This document shows, one piece after another, positions 27,700 to 34,679 of a stretch of 64,000 bases of DNA. The DNA comes from an uncultured Desulfurococcaceae archaeon (GTDB taxonomy: Archaea; Thermoproteota; Thermoprotei_A; Sulfolobales; NBVN01): assembly GCA_964655125.1 (NCBI GenBank), contig CAZZLT010000046.1, positions 14,480 through 78,479 on the forward strand, read 5' to 3'. Below the pieces are notes generated by a model. It did not search any database, had not been told where the DNA came from, and saw only the letters and a list, made by a program, of their open reading frames with translations. Numbering within the stretch: the stretch's first letter is position 1; each line of letters begins with the position of its first letter. The translations under genes and the position numbers were made by a program.

Positions 27700-28308
27700 T
27701 TAAATTATCTTAACTACCTCATTAATGTTCCTCCTAGGTCTAACTCTAGGTTGTTCTGAAGGATAACCTAGAGCTACTATAGCTTGAAGTTCACAACCCT
27801 CAGGTGGTTTTAAGAGTTCATCGAATTTATCCTTCATCAGTAGAGGTACTCCTAACCATACACTACCTAGACCTAGGGCGTGAGCTGCTAGTATGATGTT
27901 CTCTACAGCTGCTGAAACACTTTGGATTATGTATACCTTCTCAACCTCTGAGTACTGTACCTTATGAGTACTTCGTCTAAAGTCTGCATAGGCAGCTATA
28001 TACACTGGTGCTAAGTACATCCCACTAACTATCCTCTGAACCCACTTACTAACCTTCTCAGGTGGTAATGGTTCCTTAAGTGCTGATGTAGCGTATAGTT
28101 CATGTGCTTTGAGGAGTAGTTTATGGACCTCCCTCCTTAGTGATTCATCCCTAACAACTATGAAGTACCACGGCTCACTACCTCCAGCGTTCGGAGCTCT
28201 TACACCACACTCTAAGATCTTTAATATCACTTGATCTGGTATTGGATCCTGCTTAAACATCCTTACACTACACCTACTTAATATCACCTTAATGAACTCC
28301 TCACCCAC
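27700..28308 (-). CDS. Nitroreductase-family protein
   Basis: RCSVRMFKQDPIP, APNAGGSEPW and ALGLGSVWLG motifs. Confidence 0.85.
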   Translation of the reverse strand: MGEEFIKVILSRCSVRMFKQDPIPDQVILKILECGVRAPNAGGSEPWYFIVVRDESLRREVHKLLLKAHELYATSALKEPLPPEKVSKWVQRIVSGMYLAPVYIAAYADFRRSTHKVQYSEVEKVYIIQSVSAAVENIILAAHALGLGSVWLGVPLLMKDKFDELLKPPEGCELQAIVALGYPSEQPRVRPRRNINEVVKII

Positions 28309-28391
28309 TAACCAACCCTTAAGATTAAATGTTGACGTAATTTAAAACAGTTTAAAAACTCTAGTTAACTATTTCATAAGGTGTTAATTGA

Positions 28392-29615
28392 GTGTTAACT
28401 CCTACTATGAATGCTAAGGAAATACTACAGTATTTAGGTGGTGAGGCAGCTTTTGCTTACCTTGCTAAGGCTAAGGAGTTAGAGAGGAAGGGAATGAAGA
28501 TATTTAATTTCGGTATAGGACAACCTGATATACCTACATTTGAACACATCATTAATGCTGCTAAGGAAGCACTTAATGCTAGATTCACTGGTTATACAGA
28601 AACTGCAGGAATTTATGAGTTGAGGGAGGCTATAGCTGAATACTTAAATAATAGGTATGGTTCTGATGTAACGTATTCCGAAGTTATTGTAACTCCAGGA
28701 GCTAAGACAGCTCTCTTCTTAGCACTCTCAGCTTACTTAAGGGAAGGGGATGAGGTCTTAGTACCTGAACCTTCATTCCCAGCATATCCGGAAGTTACTA
28801 AGTTCTTAGGAGCTAAACCTATCTTCATACCGCTTAAGTGGTTAGGACGTGAGAAGGGGTTTAAATTAGATCTTGAAGCTATTGAGAATGCGATTACATC
28901 TAAGACTAAGATGATAGTCGTAAATAATCCTCATAATCCTACAGGTGCTGTGTTTAGTAGTGATGAGGTTGAGTGGGTTATGGACTTAGCTAGGAGGAAG
29001 GGGATCATAGTATTAGCTGATGAGATCTACGACCACTTCATCTACGATGACGTGAGGTTTAAGTCATTCTTATCATTTCCAGACTGGCGTGATTACGTAC
29101 TATACGTTAATGGGTTCTCAAAGACTTTCTCAATGACTGGATGGAGGTTAGGGTACTTAATAGCTAGGAAGGAAGTTATACCTAGACTGACAGTACTAGC
29201 TGTGAATATCTATAGCTGTGCAACTAGCTTTGTACAGAAGGCTGCTGTAGTAGCACTTAAGGAATCTGAAGAGAGTGTTAATAAGATGATTGAGGTCTTT
29301 AGGAGGAGGAGAGACTTAATATGTAGTAGGTTAAGTGAGGTGAAGGGGTTTGAGGTATGGCCTAGCAGAGGTGCTTTCTACGTATTCCCTAACGTAAGTA
29401 AAATACTTAACGAACTTAATATAACTGTTGAGGAGTTCGTAAACGGACTACTCATTAATAAGGGTGTGGTAGTCCTCCCAGGTACTGCATTCCCAGAAAC
29501 ATACGGTAGGAACTTCATAAGATTTAGCTTTGCAGTAGACTTCACATCAATTGAAGAAGGTGTTAAGAAGATTAGAGAGTATGTAGAAGAGATAATGTGT
29601 GGAGTTAAACGTTAG
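28392..29615 (+). CDS. Class I/II PLP aminotransferase (aspartate aminotransferase-like)
   Basis: GQPDIPT, NNPHNPTG and NGFSKTFSMTGWRLGY (PLP lysine) motifs. Confidence 0.9.
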   Translation: MLTPTMNAKEILQYLGGEAAFAYLAKAKELERKGMKIFNFGIGQPDIPTFEHIINAAKEALNARFTGYTETAGIYELREAIAEYLNNRYGSDVTYSEVIVTPGAKTALFLALSAYLREGDEVLVPEPSFPAYPEVTKFLGAKPIFIPLKWLGREKGFKLDLEAIENAITSKTKMIVVNNPHNPTGAVFSSDEVEWVMDLARRKGIIVLADEIYDHFIYDDVRFKSFLSFPDWRDYVLYVNGFSKTFSMTGWRLGYLIARKEVIPRLTVLAVNIYSCATSFVQKAAVVALKESEESVNKMIEVFRRRRDLICSRLSEVKGFEVWPSRGAFYVFPNVSKILNELNITVEEFVNGLLINKGVVVLPGTAFPETYGRNFIRFSFAVDFTSIEEGVKKIREYVEEIMCGVKR

Positions 29616-29658
29616 AGTTAATAAACATAACATATTTAAATTCATTATAAATATTAAT

Positions 29659-29711
29659 ATTGATGAGGATATCTACCGCTGATGATTGATGAGTAGAGAA
29701 TCCCCAACTGA
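29659..29711 (+). ncRNA. C/D-box sRNA candidate (2'-O-methylation guide)
   Basis: C box TTGATGA 29660-66, 12-nt guide GGATATCTACCG, D' CTGA 29679-82, 3-nt spacer, C' TTGATGA 29686-92, 15-nt guide GTAGAGAATCCCCAA, D CTGA 29708-11. TTTAAA box at 29635-40, about 20-25 nt upstream. The 15-nt second spacer is longer than the usual 12. Confidence 0.55.
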
Positions 29712-29729
29712 TCATTATATTCATTAACC

Positions 29730-29903
29730 TCAACTAATTGTTAACTTCTTAATATTGATTCTCTGACTTCGATATTCGTTAGAGTTTACGAGCTTTATGA
29801 TAGCTAATCTAATAACTTCAGATCTTGACATCCTATGCTCTATAGCATACCTATCAATTGCTTGTAATAACCTATCATCTAATTTAAATGTTATAATCCT
29901 CAT
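29730..29903 (-). CDS. Ribbon-helix-helix (CopG/Arc/MetJ-type) small DNA-binding protein (not in the ORF track)
   Basis: ATG 29903 to TGA 29730. MRIITFKLDDRLLQAIDRYAIEHRMSRSEVIRLAIIKLV... matches the beta-strand, helix, helix RHH pattern. 57 aa. Confidence 0.6.
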   Translation of the reverse strand: MRIITFKLDDRLLQAIDRYAIEHRMSRSEVIRLAIIKLVNSNEYRSQRINIKKLTIS

Positions 29904-30048
29904 GCCGTATACCGATTGAGATGATGTTTAGAGTTTATATATGTAGGTATGTATTGAGAGTACTTAGAGGGTTCAGTGAAACTAATACTTCTTAATATTT
30001 AAGACCTACTTAAACATTTATCGTAGTTCCACCAGATCATTATGATGG

Positions 30049-30576
30049 GTGAGGATGTCGGTAGGGATTGAGTTAAGAGTTATTAGTGATGGTGAGTTAA
30101 CCATTGACTTAACTCTATTCTACTTACTTCTTAAGGTAGGCGGTGTTTTAAGAGGTCAGTATATCTACGTGGAGAGTCGTGGGAAATCAGTTAATGAATT
30201 ATTAAGTAGTTTAGAAGGTCTTAAAGTCTCTAAAGTACCTACAGTTGGTTTCTGCCCTGCAGAAGAGCCTAGGAGGTTAGAAGGTGTTGATGCGTTGAAG
30301 GACTTCTGTTTAGAACTGTATGAGTATTTAGAGGGTAGGTGTGTAGCCTGTGTTGTTAAGGTCTACTCATTAATATATAATGAATGGTTAGTTAGTGAAG
30401 AGAAGTTAATGAAGATCTTTGAATTAAGTATTAAGTTTAACTTACCATTATACTTTAATAACGGTAGTATAGTGATTACTACTTGTCCTAGTACTTATGA
30501 GGAGGTACAGAGACTCCCTCCGAACGCATATGTAGACAGCTTAAGAATACTTACGGAGGTAGTTAAGTATCTCTAA
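30049..30576 (+). CDS. Hypothetical protein (175 aa, no recognisable domain)
   Basis: Host-like codon usage. Ends 12 nt before the displaced tRNA fragment. Confidence 0.5.
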   Translation: MRMSVGIELRVISDGELTIDLTLFYLLLKVGGVLRGQYIYVESRGKSVNELLSSLEGLKVSKVPTVGFCPAEEPRRLEGVDALKDFCLELYEYLEGRCVACVVKVYSLIYNEWLVSEEKLMKIFELSIKFNLPLYFNNGSIVITTCPSTYEEVQRLPPNAYVDSLRILTEVVKYL

Positions 30577-30588
30577 AATACTTATTAG

Positions 30589-30628
30589 TGGTGGGGCCGC
30601 GGGGATTTGAACCCCGGACCACAGGGGC
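30589..30628 (-). repeat. attL: displaced 3' half of tRNA-Pro (40 bp, identical to 32250-32289)
   Basis: tggtggggccgcggggatttgaaccccggaccacaggggc occurs at both positions. Sequence diverges immediately beyond it. Confidence 0.9.
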
Positions 30629-30635
30629 TCCAGTC

Positions 30636-30749
30636 ATATGCCAGAGATTACTTGGTAGGTATATAGCCGATATGCCACATAAGCACACATGATATTCAAG
30701 TGATACTATCAAACCGGTTATTAATCGAAGCACGATATGCCACGATATG
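30636..30749. repeat. Repeated ATATGCCA / CGATATGCCAC motifs in the non-coding left arm of the element
   Basis: ATATGCCA at 30636-43, 30670-77 and 30735-42. The 11-mer CGATATGCCAC at 30668-78 and 30733-43, followed by a partial CGATATG at 30743-49. Confidence 0.4.
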
Positions 30750-30906
30750 ATAATTCATAGTACACATTATTAATGCTGGTTTATGGCAAGCTATTTAACT
30801 GAAGAGTCTTTACCCTTGCATTTACTATGCAAAGTTTCCATTCTAAAGACCTCTACCTAACCTGCATATGCTTATTCCTCCATAATCAATCTTTGGAACT
30901 AAAACT

Positions 30907-31692
30907 TTACTTGGTTCCCGGCTTACATATCTCATATGCTCTCATGACATTGCGGATTCTTTCTTCTGTCATAGGCTTTTCATAGACTTCTATGCATTCC
31001 TTGATATTTAGCGTCTGAGGACAAATGACAAAATGATCTCCCTCATACTTTATGAGGACTCTATGACAGTAGGTCTCTAACTCCATGCTTCCATTAGATA
31101 AATGCTCCATAATTATATAGTCAGGTTCGTTTAAGTAGAGAAGTGTAGCTTTTATCACCATATCCACTCTATCTACAGCGCATACTAGACATGGAGGTGC
31201 TAGCTGTGGTCTAAGGACAGGTCTTAGATAATTGACATAGAATTCACGAGGAGTTAACACTCTAATCCAATGCCTTACAAGTTGCCAGAACTTGAAGTCT
31301 CTCTTATTCCAAGTAATGATAGCAACTTGTTTAAAGCTTCTCTTAAGGTATAGAGCTGTTGCAACGTATAACGAGTCTACTTCGTCCTCAACATACCTTA
31401 TGGATACTTCAATAAACTGGGATAGTTCTCTTGACTCCACCTCGCGAAGATACTCTAATACGCTTTTTAGGGCTATAGAAATTTCGTTTTCTGATCTTCC
31501 GGCTTTTTGAGTAATAACTGATATATACTCAAGCACCTCTTTTCGTAGGATTTCAGGATAATACGAAGGATAGATTGTGGGTGTTAGTGTAACAACAAAG
31601 CGGTTTAAACCGCTTTCCTTTATTAGGGAGGCTATTATAACATTCGTATCAAATACTACCGCTAGCTTTCTCCTCTCTTCAGCTTCTCCCAA
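30907..31692 (-). CDS. PIN-domain protein (PIN_3-like toxin fold) fused to an uncharacterised ~110-aa Cys-containing C-terminal domain
   Basis: KLAVVFDTNVIIASLI, YVEDEVDSLYVATAL and IITWNKRDF acidic-residue pattern of PIN. C-terminal part contains PPCLVCAVDRV...YCHRV...FVICP...ECIE...EICKP. TTG start overlaps the upstream gene by 31 nt. Confidence 0.8.
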   Translation of the reverse strand: MGEAEERRKLAVVFDTNVIIASLIKESGLNRFVVTLTPTIYPSYYPEILRKEVLEYISVITQKAGRSENEISIALKSVLEYLREVESRELSQFIEVSIRYVEDEVDSLYVATALYLKRSFKQVAIITWNKRDFKFWQLVRHWIRVLTPREFYVNYLRPVLRPQLAPPCLVCAVDRVDMVIKATLLYLNEPDYIIMEHLSNGSMELETYCHRVLIKYEGDHFVICPQTLNIKECIEVYEKPMTEERIRNVMRAYEICKPGTK

Positions 31693-31889
31693 GCCTTCCT
31701 GGTCACCTCTTTACCGAGTTCAAGAGCATCCCTCATACTTAGCTTGGACTCCATAGCAACGATCTCAAGAATTAGAAGCTTCTTAGCAGCTTCGGTAAGT
31801 TCTTTAGGGTCTACACCTCTGGCCTTAGCTAGCTCTACCACCTCTTTAGGTAGCGGTACCTCAACAACTGTAACTTCAGATTCTTTCAC
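31662..31889 (-). CDS. Antitoxin-like small protein (UPF0175/VapB-like, tentative)
   Basis: 75 aa, immediately upstream of and overlapping the PIN gene. VEVPLPKEVVELAKARG...LLILEIV...LSMRDALELG resembles the UPF0175 layout. Confidence 0.5.
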   Translation of the reverse strand: MKESEVTVVEVPLPKEVVELAKARGVDPKELTEAAKKLLILEIVAMESKLSMRDALELGKEVTRKAWEKLKRGES

Positions 31890-32249
31890 AGTTCTCGCCT
31901 CCTGCTAGCCATGCTATACATGGTTTTTGTGTTACAACTTTTATGTCTTTATGAAATTACATCATACCATTAGCTTTACTAAATGCTTATTCCTAAGCTT
32001 AAACACGACTACTACCTGCGGACAGCACGACCCATCGCATTACTTGAAGAGTTTGAATAGAGACGTAGATAAGAAAATCTCGCTATACAGCGTTCACGAG
32101 CCTGGTATTGATCATCAATAATCGTATCTCGATGATTATTACGTCAAGCAGTATTCACAGCTAATACACCAGTCTAGAAATGGTGATGTACCAAATCAAC
32201 TTATACTGGTTAGAAGTGTTGAAGACCAAGTGAAGTATGTTCAATTTAA

Positions 32250-32289
32250 TGGTGGGGCCGCGGGGATTTGAACCCCGGACCACAGGGGC
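32250..32289 (-). repeat. attR: 3' half of the intact tRNA-Pro (40-bp direct repeat partner)
   Basis: Identical to 30589-30628. Confidence 0.9.
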
Positions 32290-32326
32290 CCAAGCCCTGC
32301 GTTCTACCAAGCTAAACTACGGCCCC
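32250..32326 (-). tRNA. tRNA-Pro (anticodon UGG), 77 nt with encoded CCA
   Basis: Manual cloverleaf: GGGGCCG-TA-GTTT-AGCTTGGTA-GAAC-G-CAGGG-CTTGGGC-CCCTG-TGGTC-CGGGG-TTCAAAT-CCCCG-CGGCCCC-A-CCA. Confidence 0.93.
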
Positions 32327-32423
32327 CAAACCAAGATAAATTAAGTATAAATGATTTTTAACTTTAATTCTAGTTTTTAAGGAGTAAACATTTAGTAATT
32401 TATAGGTAAGAGGTTTCAGGATA

Positions 32424-34679
32424 ATGAAGGACTTAATCACTGGGTTGAGGGTCTTTCTAGAGAGGCTTAAAGAGCCTTTCGTCGGACGTGATGAGGAAGC
32501 TAAAGTCGTCGTACTTACGTTACTATCTAGAGAACACTGTACCTTTATCGGGGAACCTGGGTGCGTAACTGGTGATACTATCATTAGTGATGCTGAGGGT
32601 AGGCTTTACTATATTGACGACTTAGCTAATAGTAGAACACCTGGTATATACCCTATTAACTTCCCAGTATATCCGTTAGCTAGAGCAACTGAATTACATA
32701 TATATGATGTCCCAAGTCTAATAGAAATTACTTCAGATTTAGGCTACTCTATTAAGGCAACATATAATCACCCAGTATTAACTGATAGGGGTTGGGTTGA
32801 GGTTAGGAATTTAAGACCTGGTGATAGGATACTGACGTTAGCTAAACTCCCATCACCTAAATCACTGGTTAATACTCCTGAACTTAAGGATTATGTTGAG
32901 GAAGGTCTTAATAATGTAGTGTTAGTTAATGATGTTTTAGCTGAGTTACTCGGGTTCTTCATGGTTTACGGTTCTTTAGGTAGTGATTACGTTGACTTCA
33001 CATTAGATAGATTTAGTAGTTTGGTATTAGGTTTAGAGATTCGTAGATTAGTAAGGGAGGTATTAGGTAGTGATGTATGTAGAGATATAGTGTTTAATGA
33101 AAAGGATCTAGTTTTAGTGAGGTGTTTCTCCAAATACTTAAGTAAATTACTTACGATATTAGTGTTTAATGATGTTCAGAGGAGTAGGATCCCTAGGTGT
33201 GTGTTGGAGTCACCTAAGAATGTATCTGCAGGATTCTTAAGAGCTTTATTTGAGGTCTATAGTGAGTTAAGATTTGATAGTCATGGTTTTATACAACTTA
33301 AGAATTTAGATTTAAGTTTAATTAAAGGTATTCAAATACTCTTACTAAGACATGGGATAACATCGAGAATAATTAGTAGTGGAGAGGGATACTTCCTAGA
33401 AATCTCAGGGTATGAGAACTTACTAAAATTCTATGATGAGGTAGGTTTCATCAGTACTGAGAAGATGGAAAAACTTAAGAATATTATTAAATTGTATAAG
33501 GAGTTAATTAATGATGATGAAGGTAGGACTTCAGGTAGGGATTACATATTTGATTTAGTGAGGGATGTACGAGTAATTAGTAATTATGTTAGAGTTTATG
33601 ATTTCTACATACCGTATACTCATATGTTCTTCACGAACGGCATACTATCACATAATACTGCTAAGTCTGCATTAGTTAGGAGGGCTGCTGAACTCCTTAA
33701 CGCTAGGTTCTTCAAGTACTTACTAACTAAGTTTACAGAACCAGCAGAGATCTTCGGACCTCTAGATATTAAGGCGTTACATGATGGGAAGTATGTAAGG
33801 ATAACACGTGGGAAGCTTCCTGAAGCTGATATAGCATTCCTAGATGAGATCTTTAAGGCTAACTCAGCAATCTTAAACGCTTTAAACACATTACTACAGG
33901 AGAGGATATTATATGATGGTTATAACGAGATTAGAGTTCCCTTATGGAGTCTATTCGGAGCTAGTAATGAGGTTCCTGACGACCCTGAGATAGAGGCTTT
34001 CTACGATAGGTTTACCCTAAGACATTTTGTAAGACCTGTTAGTGAGGACTTATGGCGTGATTTACTTGATAAGTCTTGGAGGTTTGAGATAATATATAGC
34101 TTAGATAGTGATTCTTATGTGGAGGGTAAAGTATTAGATATTAGTCAGTTAAGAGAACTTTATCAGATGGTGTTAAATGTAGATTTAAGTAGTGTTAAGA
34201 GTAAGCTGGTTAAGTTACTTGCCGTACTTGAGAGTAGGGGTATACATATAACTGATAGACGTAAGGGTAAGGTATTGAAGGTTATTGCTGCACATTCGTT
34301 AATTAATGGTAGGAACGTTGCTACTGAGGATGACTTAATAGCTGTTAAGTACGTCGTTGCTAGAGATCTTGAAGAGTTAGAGAAGGTTAATACTATACTA
34401 TCTGAGGAGTTGAAAACACCTTATAGGTACTTACGAGAACTTAACGAGATTAAAGCTAATGTTAAGGAAATCCTTAATTACGTATCTTCATTACGTAATG
34501 TTGAGTCGAGATTTGTAGAGATGAGGTTTAGAGAGATTTATAGGGATTTAGAGATAACTAAGGAGAGGATTATAAGTTTAGTAATTGAGAGTGGTAATAA
34601 AGATGTTGAGAAGTTAGGTAATGAAGTAATAGGTTTAATTGATTCAGTTATAGAATTAATAAGAGGAAGAATAACGTAA
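32424..34679 (+). CDS. RavA/MoxR-like AAA+ ATPase interrupted by an intein in the Walker A loop (386-aa extein plus 365-aa intein)
   Basis: Extein junction GEPG|C...HN|TAKS restores Walker A GEPGTAKS. FFKYLLTKFTEPAEIFGPLDI...ADIAFLDEIFKANSAILNALNTLLQER closely follows the RavA core pattern. Confidence 0.88.
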   Translation: MKDLITGLRVFLERLKEPFVGRDEEAKVVVLTLLSREHCTFIGEPGCVTGDTIISDAEGRLYYIDDLANSRTPGIYPINFPVYPLARATELHIYDVPSLIEITSDLGYSIKATYNHPVLTDRGWVEVRNLRPGDRILTLAKLPSPKSLVNTPELKDYVEEGLNNVVLVNDVLAELLGFFMVYGSLGSDYVDFTLDRFSSLVLGLEIRRLVREVLGSDVCRDIVFNEKDLVLVRCFSKYLSKLLTILVFNDVQRSRIPRCVLESPKNVSAGFLRALFEVYSELRFDSHGFIQLKNLDLSLIKGIQILLLRHGITSRIISSGEGYFLEISGYENLLKFYDEVGFISTEKMEKLKNIIKLYKELINDDEGRTSGRDYIFDLVRDVRVISNYVRVYDFYIPYTHMFFTNGILSHNTAKSALVRRAAELLNARFFKYLLTKFTEPAEIFGPLDIKALHDGKYVRITRGKLPEADIAFLDEIFKANSAILNALNTLLQERILYDGYNEIRVPLWSLFGASNEVPDDPEIEAFYDRFTLRHFVRPVSEDLWRDLLDKSWRFEIIYSLDSDSYVEGKVLDISQLRELYQMVLNVDLSSVKSKLVKLLAVLESRGIHITDRRKGKVLKVIAAHSLINGRNVATEDDLIAVKYVVARDLEELEKVNTILSEELKTPYRYLRELNEIKANVKEILNYVSSLRNVESRFVEMRFREIYRDLEITKERIISLVIESGNKDVEKLGNEVIGLIDSVIELIRGRIT
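32562..33656 (+). mobile_element. Intein (365 aa) with a LAGLIDADG-type homing endonuclease domain
   Basis: Block A CVTGDTII, block B TYNHPVLT, LAGLIDADG-like LLGFFMVYGSLG and FLRALFEVYSE, block F/G VYDFYIPYTHMFFTNGILSHN followed by +1 Thr. Confidence 0.85.

Larger units (their letters stand above)
30589..32289 (-). mobile_element. Integrated element remnant at tRNA-Pro (1,621 bp between 40-bp direct repeats). Carries only a PIN/antitoxin-like pair; no integrase.
   Basis: Direct repeats of the tRNA 3' half. Interior codon and dinucleotide usage visibly differs from the flanks (more CTC/GCG/CTG/TCT, fewer TTA/AGG). Confidence 0.7.

Noticed and set aside
31927-32121. 64-aa ORF in the right arm of the integrated element.
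   Set aside because: No SD or promoter context, odd composition and no recognisable fold. Most likely non-coding arm sequence.
30629-32249. Possibility that an SSV-type integrase gene was split by integration (Int-N and Int-C fragments abutting attL and attR).
   Set aside because: I joined the two arms across one att copy in silico. The only ORF reading through att (frame ...PVVRGSNPRGPT...) is about 45 aa, and no tyrosine-recombinase motifs appear in any frame of either arm.
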